Of a stretch of 64,000 nt of DNA, positions 39,726 to 50,507 are shown in pieces. The notes beneath the pieces are model-generated. The model ran no database searches. It was given only the letters and a program-made list of their open reading frames with translations, and had not been told where the DNA came from. This DNA is from Candidatus Poribacteria bacterium (GTDB lineage: Bacteria > Poribacteria > WGA-4E > PCPOR2b), in the NCBI GenBank assembly GCA_965208675.1, contig OZ242351.1:3488001-3552000 (forward strand). The letters run 5' to 3'. The position numbers were made by a program, and so were the translations under genes. Every line of letters begins with the position of its first letter. The first letter of the stretch is position 1.

Positions 39726-39768
39726 AAGAGCTTCAAGCAGGATTAGCTCAATTTGCGGTGAAAAGGGG

Positions 39769-40065
39769 GTGACACTGGTGAATCTGAGGTATTGGACAGT
39801 ATATCTGTTCGCCGCAGCATTTTTGCTTGCAACCGTGAATTTCACTGGGTGCGGCATTTATCGCCGAGCCACTTCTGTATCGGGGTCGGCGGATGATACT
39901 GTTGTTGTAACGGGTACATCAGGGTATTATCATCGGCGGAGTTGCCGTGATGTCGGACTTGAAAATAAGGAGTTTTTTCTATCAGACGCGGTGCAAATTG
40001 ATTATAAACCGTGTCCGGCTTGCCGTCCGCCGCGTTTGAAAGCGGTTCAAGGCGCTGGAAATTAG
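39769..40065 (+). CDS. Small exported protein/lipoprotein with an Ada-like Zn-binding motif
   Basis: Signal with FTGC, then VVVTGTSGYYHRRSC ... YKPCPACRP. Confidence 0.65.
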   Translation: MTLVNLRYWTVYLFAAAFLLATVNFTGCGIYRRATSVSGSADDTVVVTGTSGYYHRRSCRDVGLENKEFFLSDAVQIDYKPCPACRPPRLKAVQGAGN

Positions 40066-40174
40066 ATCGAGTTTAATTGTGTTTTGGTGTAGTGATAATC
40101 ATCATCTTGTTTGTTTCCTCAACTAAGGCGGTGAACTTTGGAATGATTAGCAATTTTTTGAGGCAACACAAAAG

Positions 40175-40207
40175 CGTTGGGTTTCGCTACGGCTCTACCC
40201 AACCTAC
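40175..40207. repeat. GTAG-type REP, compact copy
   Basis: CGTTGGGTTTCGCTACGGCTCTACCCAACCTAC (reverse complement begins GTAGGTTGGG). Confidence 0.8.
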
Positions 40208-40499
40208 AAGAACTTAGCGGCGATTGCAATTTAGCCTTTCTGATGTTAAAATGTCCTGTCAATTTTTTGGAAAATGTAATGGCCAAAGTGATGACCACGG
40301 CCATTTCTTGGACTATCGGTTTATGCACGACCACAAAGTGCCCCCTCTAACACCCCATTGGCAAGGGGGAGAACTGAGTAGTTGTAACGGTGCGGTGCAA
40401 AAACCATCCTCTTGGAAAATATGGGTTTTTAAAAACTAGGTTTGAATCACAAGTCCTTAAGGTTCGGTAGGGTAGGACTTCATAAACGAAAGGAAAACT

Positions 40500-41261
40500 A
40501 TGCGGGTAAAAAATAAGGTTGCCATTATTACGGGAGGCGGTTCAGGGATTGGACGCGCCGCGTGTCAGCTCTTCGCCGAAGAGGGCGCGAAGGTGGTTGC
40601 CGCCGACATCAACCTTGACGGTGCGAACGAGACGGCAGAACTCGTTCGGGAAACCGGCGAGGCGGTGGCGGTTGAAGCGGACGTTTCCAAAGAGGCAGAT
40701 GCACAGAAGATTGCCGATGCGGCAGTCGAGGCTTTCGGAACCATCAACATCCTCGTCAACAACGCCGCCGCATTTATCTACGGTCGGGTTGAAGACGCGA
40801 CGGAAGCGGATTGGGATCGGATTTTGGCGGTCAATGTGAAGGGGCCCGCGTTTTGCGTTAAGGCGGCGCTGCCTGCGATGAAGGCGGCGGGCGTCGGTTC
40901 AATCGTCAATATCGGCTCGATCAGCTCTTTCATTGCGCAGCCCGATTATGTCCCCTACAACACCTCAAAATCGGCTGTGTTGAATTTCACGCGATGCCTT
41001 GCGATGGACCTTGCGCCCTTCAACATACGGGTTAACGCAATCTGTCCGGGTGTGACGCATACACCGGCGCTTGATCAGGCAATGGTGGATTTTAATTTTT
41101 CGCCTGAAGACGCGCAAAAAGAGTGGGGCGACCCGGCGCTTCTGAAGCGCGTTGCGCGCCCGCGAGAGATTGCGCACGGCATCCTGTTTCTCGCGTCCGA
41201 TGACGCTTCATTTGTGACGGGGACGCATCTTCTCGTGGACGGCGGATACACGGCACAATAG
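40500..41261 (+). CDS. SDR family oxidoreductase
   Basis: TGGGSGIG, LVNNAA, YNTSK, RVNAICPG and VDGG. Confidence 0.95.
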   Translation: MRVKNKVAIITGGGSGIGRAACQLFAEEGAKVVAADINLDGANETAELVRETGEAVAVEADVSKEADAQKIADAAVEAFGTINILVNNAAAFIYGRVEDATEADWDRILAVNVKGPAFCVKAALPAMKAAGVGSIVNIGSISSFIAQPDYVPYNTSKSAVLNFTRCLAMDLAPFNIRVNAICPGVTHTPALDQAMVDFNFSPEDAQKEWGDPALLKRVARPREIAHGILFLASDDASFVTGTHLLVDGGYTAQ

Positions 41262-41552
41262 AGACACTGGAAGAACTATGAATCTCTAACGAGATACGCT
41301 TGTCCGGGTGGACGACCACATGATTAGTGCACTCACAAACTTCCCGCCAAAACCGCCATTTCTTGTTACCAATCACTCATAAGATTTAAGCTCCTCGTCC
41401 ATGCTGATAACTGTGGGCGGGTAGAAGCGGAGCAACCTAACCGGCCTTTTCGCGCTCAGACCTGCCGCCCTCGGCACAGTTGACAGCTTAATCATCCCCA
41501 CCAAAAAAACCAGACGTAAAACGCACATCCGCAGCGATTTCCACTACCCGCT

Positions 41553-43457
41553 ATGAATTCAACCAATAACATCATTACCTCAAGAGCGGTTGTCATTGGA
41601 TTGATTCTAGTCGTCCTAAACGCTTACTGGATTGGAATCGCAAGTGAGCTGTGGGGTTATCTGTTTACGTTGGTTCATCCGTGTTCAAACGCGATTTTTA
41701 CCCTGGTTCTTCTCATTGTCTTCAACTACATATGCCGTAGATTCACGAACAAGGTTTCGTTATCAGCCGCGGAACTGTTGATTATCTACATAATGGTAAC
41801 GATGGTGTCGACGATATCGGGCCATACGATGATGGATTATTTGGTTGGGGCATTGAGCCATCCGTTTTGGCACGCATCGCCCGAAAATGAGTGGCAGCGG
41901 CTGTTCTGGCAATATATACCGCAGTGGTTTTCCGTTTCAGATAAGGAGATATTGAAGGGCTACTTCTACGGCGAATCCACATTCCACTCGGTCAAACATG
42001 TCAAAGCGTGGGCAATTCCGGTTTTGATGTGGTCGGCTTTCATTTTCTTCCTCTACACTTCGCTGCTATGCATAAGTTCCGTTCTGAGAAAGCAGTGGGA
42101 CGAAAAAGAGAAGCTAAGCTACCCAATCGTACAACTGCCCATCGCTATGGCGACGGACAGGAAGTTCTTCAATTCAAGGCTGATGTGGGCAGGATTTGCG
42201 GTCTCCGCGTCCGTCCGCATAATAAACGGTTTCCATGACCTGTTCCCGTTGCTGCCAGAGATTCCGTCCGGATTCAGGATTGACCAATTTCTCACCGAAA
42301 AACCGTGGAGTGCTATAGGATACACGTTAATCTTCTTCAACCTCTCCGTGGTCGGGCTTACCTATTTTATGCCGCTCGATCTGGTTTTTTCATGCTGGTT
42401 CTTTTTTTGGCTGACGAAGACAGAAAGGGTGTTTGCGAGCATGGCAGGAACGAAATCGCTCTATCTGGACGAACGAGCCGGCGGCGCGTGGATGGGCATC
42501 GGTCTGCTCGCACTTTGGGTATCCAGACGGCACTTGATTAGCTTTGCCAAGCACGTGTTTGGGTTGGATCGAACCGACGATTCGAGCGAACCGTTACGAT
42601 ACAGGCCGGCAACTTTTCTGTTCTTCATTAGCTTCGCTTTTCTAGCTCTGTTCTGTTCCCTTGCGGGGATGTCGCTATGGACGGTTGTAATGTTTTTCGT
42701 TCTCTACTATCTAATCGCAATAGCTATAGCTAGGGTTCGGGCAGAACTTGGACCTCCCTACCATGAGGTAATCGGCATAAACTTGACTCCTAGAGGGATG
42801 GTGGTAAAGATGTTCGGATCGCGGCGGCTCCGCGGAGAGAACCTGGCGGTAATGACGCACTTTCATGCGTTCAACAGGTGCAACAGAGCCCATCCGATGG
42901 CAAGCCAGGTGGAATCCCTGAAGATTGGCGCACGGGTCAATGCGAGTAACCGCAGACTGATACAAGCAATGATGTTGGCTATCGGCGTCGGTGCAGTAGC
43001 GGCGTTCTTGGCGTATCTACAGGCAGCTTACACACACGGTGCTCAAGGCAGAGGGGTCGGTTACCATTTCGGCCAGGAGTGCTTCCGGCCGCTTCAAAAT
43101 TGGCTCCAGTATCCTCAAGGAACGGATGCCGGGAGCGTAACATCCATGGTCGGCGGCTTCTTATTTGTATGTTTCTTGTATGCGATGCGGACGCGGTTTC
43201 TGTGGTGGCCGCTTCATCCATCGGGATATGTCCTATCCGGCGCATCGTGGGGCGGGATGGTATACTTTTGGTTTCCTACAATGGTGGGATGGCTCATAAA
43301 GTCACTAATCATCACCTACGGGGGATTGAAGGTGTATCGGAAGGGTATTCCCTTCTTTTTCGGGCTAATCTTGGGCGATCATATTCCACGAAGCCTTTTT
43401 AGTATCTTGGGTATGGTTCTCAACGTCCACATGCCCTCTGTCGGTTTTTTTGGATAG
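41553..43457 (+). CDS. DUF6785/DUF6784-type polytopic membrane protein (putative transporter)
   Basis: ITSRAVVIG, AELLIIY, LRKQWDEKEKLSYPIVQLP, RVRAELG, RTRFLWWPLHPSGY, YGGLKVYR and PFFFGLILGD. Confidence 0.75.
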   Translation: MNSTNNIITSRAVVIGLILVVLNAYWIGIASELWGYLFTLVHPCSNAIFTLVLLIVFNYICRRFTNKVSLSAAELLIIYIMVTMVSTISGHTMMDYLVGALSHPFWHASPENEWQRLFWQYIPQWFSVSDKEILKGYFYGESTFHSVKHVKAWAIPVLMWSAFIFFLYTSLLCISSVLRKQWDEKEKLSYPIVQLPIAMATDRKFFNSRLMWAGFAVSASVRIINGFHDLFPLLPEIPSGFRIDQFLTEKPWSAIGYTLIFFNLSVVGLTYFMPLDLVFSCWFFFWLTKTERVFASMAGTKSLYLDERAGGAWMGIGLLALWVSRRHLISFAKHVFGLDRTDDSSEPLRYRPATFLFFISFAFLALFCSLAGMSLWTVVMFFVLYYLIAIAIARVRAELGPPYHEVIGINLTPRGMVVKMFGSRRLRGENLAVMTHFHAFNRCNRAHPMASQVESLKIGARVNASNRRLIQAMMLAIGVGAVAAFLAYLQAAYTHGAQGRGVGYHFGQECFRPLQNWLQYPQGTDAGSVTSMVGGFLFVCFLYAMRTRFLWWPLHPSGYVLSGASWGGMVYFWFPTMVGWLIKSLIITYGGLKVYRKGIPFFFGLILGDHIPRSLFSILGMVLNVHMPSVGFFG

Positions 43458-43591
43458 CGATTGAATGATTTGAGTTTGCAGGTATGGACTGTTATTGGTT
43501 ATGATAGCGGCTAGGAAGCCAAAACCATTGGCCGGTAAAAGGCTGTAACGCTAATGTTTAGTTCTTGTGTTTAATTGGGCGGAAAACCGAA

Positions 43592-45895
43592 ATGTCAAGT
43601 GAGAGTCTTTTATTCATCATAAGGTCAACCCTTACGCAGGCTAATGGCGGGATGGCTTTTGTTGCAGAGTCGGGGGAGGCTATGCCGTGGCAAATTCCCG
43701 CGCGGTGCAATATTGGGAACCCGGGCGAACTTCAGATGGAGGCGTTGTCAGGTAAATGGGCAATCCAATCCGGACAGCTCGTCCAATCGGATCCAACCAC
43801 CCGCAGCGAGGCGGACCTCCAGCACGGGAGCGCAGTGATTGCCGTACCCAATCCCAAAATTGAGCGGTGCCGCGTTAGGGCGCTTGTCAAGCTAGACAAC
43901 CCCGACACACCGGAGGCTGAAGCGGGCATTGCCGTGCACGTAAAAAACAGAAATACCTACATCATCTGCTCTATCCGCCGGGGGAAGGGTGACTCCTTAT
44001 ACGCGGCGTTGACGAGGTTTGGGCCGGGCTACGATTTCGGACGGATGCCGGGGGATTTGGTGCAGTTGCCCAGCGATCAACGTGATTCGTGGCATCAGAT
44101 TGAAGTTCACGCCGACGGCGCGCACGTGCAAGCGGCGTACAATCACGGAGTTACGCTCACATATTCCTTCCCGTTGGTTGAAGGGAGTATGCCGTCGTTT
44201 CCGGAGGAGGTGCGGCGTCCGACTCATGTATCGGACCAGACCACAGACATCCATCTGGTTTCGAAGTGGGGGGCAGAAGTATTTCAGATGAGCGGGAAGG
44301 TGGGTTTGGTTACGCGCAACACCACGGCGCGTTTTGCGTACATGGAGGTGGACGATCTGCGGCCAGACACAATGCTGCACACTGCGTTTAACCCGCCGTA
44401 TGATGAGACCGGACGCATCCTGCCGCGTTGGGAGTACTCGTGGATAATGGAAAAGTACACCGAATGGTTCCTTAATTCCCGGAATCTGGTGACTGGCGAA
44501 GGCGGAAGCCCGGAAGCTAAAGGCACGGACTTTGACAAGATGATGGAGGAGACCGGCTGGCCGCCTTACTTTTTCACATGGGCAACGGTTCTCGACGACA
44601 TAGGATTCGACTCCCCCACCCAATGGCCGACCCACAACGGTCCGCCGACGATGTTCGGATTTATTCAATATTATCTGTACAGCGGCGATGCGCGGCCTAT
44701 TGCGGCGGCGAGGCAATGGGCGGATTGGCTGATTGATTCGTTTAGCACAGCCGATGATTTCACCTTTCCTAACCTGCCAAAATCCACCTTTGGCATCCGA
44801 GAAGAACAACCGCTAACCGGCGGATTAGCGGACTTGATTGAACTGGATAAGGCTTCCTATACCGGGCTCGCCTATCTGTCGCTTTATGCGGTGACTGAGC
44901 AACCAAAATATCTTCAGGCAGCGCAAAAAATTGCCGAATCGCTGTTACCCCGCCAGCAGCGCGACGGCAGTTTTCCGTTTCGGGTCAGCTTAGAGACGGG
45001 TGAAGTCGTCGGCGAATACACCGCCAGCCAGTTGTGGCACGCGCAACTCTACAGGAATTTAGCGTATCTGACGGGAAATGCGGATTATCGGCAAGCCGGC
45101 GAACGCGCCCTTGCTTGGCTGGTTGAAGGGCCTGTGAAAACCAACCGTTGGTGGGGCTTTTATGGGGACAACCCGGAGGACACGGATTCTGAAGGCGAGA
45201 AGTCGTACGATCAGCAAACCGCACTCATGACCGCTCAGTGGTTGATCGACCACCTACACGAGAGCGTTGAGTATTTGGCGTGCGTTCGGGGCATCCTCGA
45301 TTATATTCAGGAGAAATTTGCCATACCGGACGGTATTCACGAAGGCGTTCCGGCGATTGGTGAGCAGACGGGCTGGCCGGCTTTTTTGCCGCATCACAAT
45401 ATGCGGCTGGCGGAAACCTATGCACGGCTGTATGGCGCGACTGGGGACGCGACAGCAAAAGAACTCGCGCTTCGCATCACGAACTCGATGACATGGATGG
45501 TACAGTCTGACGGCAAGTACCGTCAGGGGTTGAACTCCGGCATCGAAAATAGGACCTGCCTGCTTTTGGACTTTAACACACAACTGTCGCGAATCATGGC
45601 AGAGTTTCCGGAAACTGCGCCCGACGGCGAGAACCATCTGCTGTATCATTCCGGTTATGTGAAGAATATTAGATACGACGACAAGGCGATTCGTTATGAA
45701 AGCCTAACGCCCAGCCAGGACATTCTGGTTGTGAGTTTCAATCCGACGCAGGCAACGATTAACGACCAACCCATCCCGGAAGTCAAGACGCCGCCGCAAT
45801 CTCGTTCGATTACGGCGCCCGCCGGCTGGCTGTACGAACCGGACACGGGCCGCCTGATTGTGCTGCATGAGCGCGGTACGGTGGAAATCAGGTAG
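43592..45895 (+). CDS. Hypothetical carbohydrate-active-like protein (beta-sandwich plus alpha/alpha-toroid); start uncertain
   Basis: N-terminal concanavalin/DUF1080-like strands (GKWAIQSG, WHQIEV, GKVGL). C-terminal helical repeats (LYAVTEQPKYLQAA, QQRDGSF, LYGATGD). Confidence 0.55.
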   Translation: MSSESLLFIIRSTLTQANGGMAFVAESGEAMPWQIPARCNIGNPGELQMEALSGKWAIQSGQLVQSDPTTRSEADLQHGSAVIAVPNPKIERCRVRALVKLDNPDTPEAEAGIAVHVKNRNTYIICSIRRGKGDSLYAALTRFGPGYDFGRMPGDLVQLPSDQRDSWHQIEVHADGAHVQAAYNHGVTLTYSFPLVEGSMPSFPEEVRRPTHVSDQTTDIHLVSKWGAEVFQMSGKVGLVTRNTTARFAYMEVDDLRPDTMLHTAFNPPYDETGRILPRWEYSWIMEKYTEWFLNSRNLVTGEGGSPEAKGTDFDKMMEETGWPPYFFTWATVLDDIGFDSPTQWPTHNGPPTMFGFIQYYLYSGDARPIAAARQWADWLIDSFSTADDFTFPNLPKSTFGIREEQPLTGGLADLIELDKASYTGLAYLSLYAVTEQPKYLQAAQKIAESLLPRQQRDGSFPFRVSLETGEVVGEYTASQLWHAQLYRNLAYLTGNADYRQAGERALAWLVEGPVKTNRWWGFYGDNPEDTDSEGEKSYDQQTALMTAQWLIDHLHESVEYLACVRGILDYIQEKFAIPDGIHEGVPAIGEQTGWPAFLPHHNMRLAETYARLYGATGDATAKELALRITNSMTWMVQSDGKYRQGLNSGIENRTCLLLDFNTQLSRIMAEFPETAPDGENHLLYHSGYVKNIRYDDKAIRYESLTPSQDILVVSFNPTQATINDQPIPEVKTPPQSRSITAPAGWLYEPDTGRLIVLHERGTVEIR

Positions 45896-45920
45896 TTTAA
45901 GCCTTCACGGCGAATGCGTA

Positions 45921-48806
45921 TTAAGGACCTACCGGAATGAGATACGCCGACCGTTTTACGTTCGGAGGATGGGCTGCTTCTAAGAAAAGTTCAACTTGCC
46001 GGCTAGCCGGGGATGCCTCGACCGGAATCTTGACAACCCGCCACGGTGCGGAGCGAAATTCTGGGACAAGCGAGTAGCCGCCGCGCCCGATTTCTCGGCC
46101 GCCGACGGTGCTGTCGGGCAACACCGCCACCCGATGGGTCGCGTGAAAGACTAGCGCCAGAAGGGCATTCTCAGGACACGGTTCGATAGCGCCCCGAACG
46201 TGAATGACGGAGGTCTCCGCCTTCTCGAAGGACAGATTCAGTTGTTGAGAGGGCGGGGCCGGAGGCGTCTCGCGCAATTGCGCCTCCTGAAACGACTCAA
46301 CCAATTCCGGGATCTCGCCCACAGGCGCAAGCTGGAGAAGAACAACCTCAAAGGGTCGAAGATACCAGTTTATGGATTCACCGAAGCGCCAATTGGAACG
46401 GCGCGGCGTCACCAATCGAGCCGGCATGGGATAGTGCCGATAGAGATGCCACGCTCCATCACGCGCTATACCGATGCTTTCATCCAAACGGAGGTCCACA
46501 CGCTGGTCCTGCCATGTTGGATTATTCACGGCGGCGAAGACGTTTTGTCCGTCGGAGCAGGCGTAACCGTAGGGTTCGCCTTTCCACGGATTGCCAATAA
46601 TAGGCTTGGAATTCAGGAAACATTCGGGATGAGCCTTGAAGACTTTGGCGATGCGAGTCAACGCATCGATGTCTTTGTCGGAGAAGCGCCGTAGGTCTGC
46701 CCATAGATGTAAAACACCGGTACCGCGGCAGATGTCCAGCACAAGGTTTTCAAGCCACCGTTCAAAACCGAGGGGCGCCCATCCGGTGGTCATCCAGACA
46801 CCCAACGAATCGCGGCCGGCAGCCGGCGTATCGTGCCGATACTGTTGCGCCTGATCCAACATGAGCATAAAGGTGTCCCTGTCGTAAAGCGTCGGATAGG
46901 CGCTCGGCGTCTGCATCTCCATGTTCAGGCCGGTGTCGAATGTGGTATGCCCGTAGAGGAGCCACCACGGCGAATCGTGTCCCCAGTAAAGGAAAAGCCA
47001 GATATACGGGCACAATTCGCGGGCATGGGCATAAATTTTGATGTTGGCGTCTTGGATGGGTTCAACCGAGTATTTGCCGGGCAGGTGCAAGCGTTTTTCG
47101 GCGTGTTCACGGTCATAGCACCGCGGCTGCATCCCGTCGTGCTTTAAGCCTTCGATGCCGTGATCGACGAGATGGTGGGAGAGCACGCTTCGCCAGTGAT
47201 CCTGCACCTCGTCTGGAACGGTACACCCGCCGGTCAGCCATAATCCGAAGCGCATCTCTAGCTGGTTGGCTCTTTCGATTATCCGCTGCGGACCGTTCGG
47301 GAAGGTTTTTTCGTTCCAGACTTTGAGTCCGAACCGTTTCCCGAATTCCCACCAGCCGGCGTCCATCCAGAAATAGTCGAACCGAAGACCAACCTGGTTC
47401 TGTAACGCTTCCATCTTGTCCATGATGGAGAGGCACACCGATTCGGAAGGGGCATCTAGACGGCCCCAAGCGTGCGTCCTACCCCAAGCAGCGCCGAGCG
47501 CATCGTAATGCAGCGAGGTCTTCATCTCCACGGTATTGCGGCGCATTGACCGCGACATGATGTAGTCCCGGAATGCAGTTCGCGCCTCACCGGCGCTCGC
47601 CACACCCCATACCGTTTGTTTGGAGGTGTACATCTCGCCCGGTTGCAGATAACGCCCCGGAAACAGCCGTAAACGCGCTCTCCCTTCACTACCCTGTGTC
47701 ACGCCGGACGGATGCGCGATACTCGCAAATACGGTATCACTGAAGTAGATGGGGAGTCCCCGGAAGCCTTCGGTGACCGGAACATCAATACGGTAATCGC
47801 CCAGATTGACATCCAAGAGGAGTTGTTCGGCATCCGTGGTATTCCGATACGTGAGCCATTTGCGCAGAGCAGGTTCGTCCGCCTTCCATTCGTAGTGGAG
47901 GTGGAGTTCGCCGATACACGGCTGGGTGTCCAAAGCGATTCGGATATGGTGCGCTTCTGGTGTCCCAACGAGGATTTCTACGTTCTTTGCTGCGGTGACG
48001 GCGGTATCCTGGAATGCTGTGCCGACGGATACGAATTGGTCGCCTAACAGCAGGATACGCGTGGATTCGTAATGCCGATTGGGGTCAAGGCGTCTCAACC
48101 GTACGGGTCGGCAATCGAACTGTGACCACGCCTGGACGGCGAGGACGTTGCGTCCGCCGAAGCGAAGGGCGCGGTAATGTGCGTCGCCAGGATTCAGCGT
48201 CACCAAACCGGGATCGGTCCACTCCTGCCGGACGCGGCGTTCACTGATCGGCATTCCGTTTACGAAAAACCGCTGTTCGCCGAAATCGTAGATGCCGCAA
48301 CCGCCCAACCCAAACGAGACCGACTTGCCAGTTCCCTCCGGCAGATCGAATGCAACGCGGTACCAGTTGTAGCCTTCCGGGTTTGGGCTGCGTGGTGCGC
48401 CGCCGGGACCTGAGCTGAGCACCCACGGCGAATCTGTATCTTGCCACTGGCTATCGTCGAATTCAGGGCGGTGAAATCCGAGGCGGAATCCGTTCTCTTG
48501 GTCCGGCGCGCTTGCGCTGTCCCCGCCGGCGGCTTGTTTCCACTCAAGCAGTTCAGTGCGCTGTTGCGCCGCGGAGAATCTTAACCCGCACTCAGGACCA
48601 TTGCCCAAGCCGATTCGTTCGCCCGTCAGACGATTCTCAATGACTACCGCGTGGACGCCATTCGAAAGGTCGAGTTGCCAACGAAAATCACGGCTGCCGA
48701 GGCTGAGATTGCCGTCCTGTTGTTCGATGTAGCAGCCTCGCTCTTCTTGGGGATAAGCAGTTGAGCTTGTCAGCAACAACATCAACACTCCGAGACTTCG
48801 AGACAT
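45921..48806 (-). CDS. Secreted glycoside-hydrolase-like protein (GH36/GH27-like barrel with jelly-roll domain)
   Basis: Signal peptide, FDDSQW...WYRVAFDLP jelly-roll, DYFWMDAGW, FPNG, RFGLW and GLKHD. Start chosen at MSRSLGVLMLLL. Confidence 0.65.
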   Translation of the reverse strand: MSRSLGVLMLLLTSSTAYPQEERGCYIEQQDGNLSLGSRDFRWQLDLSNGVHAVVIENRLTGERIGLGNGPECGLRFSAAQQRTELLEWKQAAGGDSASAPDQENGFRLGFHRPEFDDSQWQDTDSPWVLSSGPGGAPRSPNPEGYNWYRVAFDLPEGTGKSVSFGLGGCGIYDFGEQRFFVNGMPISERRVRQEWTDPGLVTLNPGDAHYRALRFGGRNVLAVQAWSQFDCRPVRLRRLDPNRHYESTRILLLGDQFVSVGTAFQDTAVTAAKNVEILVGTPEAHHIRIALDTQPCIGELHLHYEWKADEPALRKWLTYRNTTDAEQLLLDVNLGDYRIDVPVTEGFRGLPIYFSDTVFASIAHPSGVTQGSEGRARLRLFPGRYLQPGEMYTSKQTVWGVASAGEARTAFRDYIMSRSMRRNTVEMKTSLHYDALGAAWGRTHAWGRLDAPSESVCLSIMDKMEALQNQVGLRFDYFWMDAGWWEFGKRFGLKVWNEKTFPNGPQRIIERANQLEMRFGLWLTGGCTVPDEVQDHWRSVLSHHLVDHGIEGLKHDGMQPRCYDREHAEKRLHLPGKYSVEPIQDANIKIYAHARELCPYIWLFLYWGHDSPWWLLYGHTTFDTGLNMEMQTPSAYPTLYDRDTFMLMLDQAQQYRHDTPAAGRDSLGVWMTTGWAPLGFERWLENLVLDICRGTGVLHLWADLRRFSDKDIDALTRIAKVFKAHPECFLNSKPIIGNPWKGEPYGYACSDGQNVFAAVNNPTWQDQRVDLRLDESIGIARDGAWHLYRHYPMPARLVTPRRSNWRFGESINWYLRPFEVVLLQLAPVGEIPELVESFQEAQLRETPPAPPSQQLNLSFEKAETSVIHVRGAIEPCPENALLALVFHATHRVAVLPDSTVGGREIGRGGYSLVPEFRSAPWRVVKIPVEASPASRQVELFLEAAHPPNVKRSAYLIPVGP

Positions 48807-48909
48807 TGCCGTGCTCTTCATTGGCGGAGGATTTGTGAGGCGATGGCTGCGAACCGCATCTAAACAAGGTTTTTTCGAAGCCAAGACCGAGATGATTCGG
48901 CCGGGAAGG

Positions 48910-49539
48910 TTAAACTGACCGAAGCGCCGCCTCTAGCGGTGTTTCGCCTTCGAGCAGGCTAAAACACTTGCCGACGGTGTTTTCCAAATCTAGACACATC
49001 ACCAGCGCAGAGGCGAGGTTTTCGCGCGAGGTCTGGCCGTCGCCGTGTATTTCAGCGTTGACGACGACTTCGCCCGTGCCGGGTTCATCGGTCAACCCGC
49101 CCGGACAGATAATCGTATAGTCTAAATCGGATTGGGAGAGGTGAGCGTCCGCATGACCCTTGGCTTTGTGGTAATGTGCGATTGCCGAGCGGCTGTTCAC
49201 GTCCGCATTCAGCGCACTGAGCATGATGTATCGGCTCGCGCCGAGCACCTGAGCCGACACCATTGAGCGTATCGCGCCAATGTGATCCACGAGTACGGTC
49301 TTGTCTTTTCCTGTATGGCTTCCCGAACCGGCGGCAAAGATTATTGCATCACAGCCTTTGACGGCGTGGTCGATGGGATATTCCAGATCGGCAAGTACCG
49401 CCGGTACGCCCATACCGTCAAATTTTTCGCGTTGCTCCGGATTACGGATCATGGCAATCGGTTGGTGAGGGCTGTCTTTCAATCGCTGTACAACGCGAGT
49501 CCCGGTATTTCCATTTGCGCCAATGACCAACACTTTCAT
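48910..49539 (-). CDS. NAD(P)-binding atypical SDR (NAD_binding_10-like)
   Basis: VIGANGNTG, IIFAAGSG, YHKAK and LDYTIICPGGL. Confidence 0.9.
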   Translation of the reverse strand: MKVLVIGANGNTGTRVVQRLKDSPHQPIAMIRNPEQREKFDGMGVPAVLADLEYPIDHAVKGCDAIIFAAGSGSHTGKDKTVLVDHIGAIRSMVSAQVLGASRYIMLSALNADVNSRSAIAHYHKAKGHADAHLSQSDLDYTIICPGGLTDEPGTGEVVVNAEIHGDGQTSRENLASALVMCLDLENTVGKCFSLLEGETPLEAALRSV

Positions 49540-49610
49540 ATTTCACCTTATTTTATCTTTGGAGGTTATTTAGCGGTTGGCAGCGTAACCGAGCGGCTTG
49601 CGGCCCGAAG

Positions 49611-50507
49611 CTAGGATTCGCGGTAGAACGGTTGACTCCACCCCCGCTTGATACCACTGACGGCTTCGATTCGAAAATAGGTCAGGTTTGGTTCAACCTT
49701 CCATTCTAAACGGTTGCCTCTAACACGGTGCAATAAGGCGCCGCCGTCGCCGATGACGCGCAGTTCTCTCGTACCCGCGGCTTCCACGACCAAGGTGTCG
49801 GAAGACGAGCCATTTGACCCCAGCGCAATTTTTTCAAAGGCGGGGTATGTACTGGAGAAAAATGAACCATTTTTAAGCTGCTGGATAATGGTATTCCAAC
49901 TCACGGGTTCCGGTGTGTCTTCGGGCACCTGGACACAAACCCAACCGTGGCCCGGTGTGACATAAGCGCAGTGAAAATCATCGGTGGCGACGCCCCAAAT
50001 CCGCCCGCCGCCGGTTAAGATTTGATCCCAGAGCGCGACATTTGCCATTTCGTCGCAGCCCCGCCCTTCCCGTAAGCCGTTAAAAATCTCAAAGCCGTGC
50101 AGCATTCCGGCGGCATCGCGGATATCATCCTCGCCGCAGTCCGGATATTCTTGCGGATGACAACCGACGACAAAACCGCCCGCCTGCCGCAGCAGCCTTG
50201 CTCGTTCGGTGTAGATGTCCGTTCCTGTGGGTGTTACGTCGTGAACGCCTAACTCTAGGATGTGCCCTTTACTGCCATTCTCTTCACCCGGAATTATGGT
50301 AAGGCTGTTTTCCGCTTGCCACTTCCGCCACTGTTCCGGGGTATGCGTCAAATTGTGGTCGGTGATTGCCAAGAAATCATAGCCCAAATTGGCGTATATC
50401 TGTCCGCTGACGCCGGCGTCCATGAATTTCCCGCAACAGGTGTGCGCGTGCAAGTTGCCGCGAAGCCAGCGGGATGAATTTGAATAGGGGTTTTTGTAGC
50501 CGGAAAT
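49611..50507 (-). CDS. PHP-fold CehA/McbA-type metallohydrolase; probable ATT start
   Basis: NPY..WLRGNLHAHT, LAITDH, GEE, GH, CHP, EIFN and ATDDFH. The frame extends to an ATT located 6 nt after AAGGAGG, and an in-frame TAA lies just upstream. Confidence 0.8.
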   Translation of the reverse strand: MSGYKNPYSNSSRWLRGNLHAHTCCGKFMDAGVSGQIYANLGYDFLAITDHNLTHTPEQWRKWQAENSLTIIPGEENGSKGHILELGVHDVTPTGTDIYTERARLLRQAGGFVVGCHPQEYPDCGEDDIRDAAGMLHGFEIFNGLREGRGCDEMANVALWDQILTGGGRIWGVATDDFHCAYVTPGHGWVCVQVPEDTPEPVSWNTIIQQLKNGSFFSSTYPAFEKIALGSNGSSSDTLVVEAAGTRELRVIGDGGALLHRVRGNRLEWKVEPNLTYFRIEAVSGIKRGWSQPFYRES

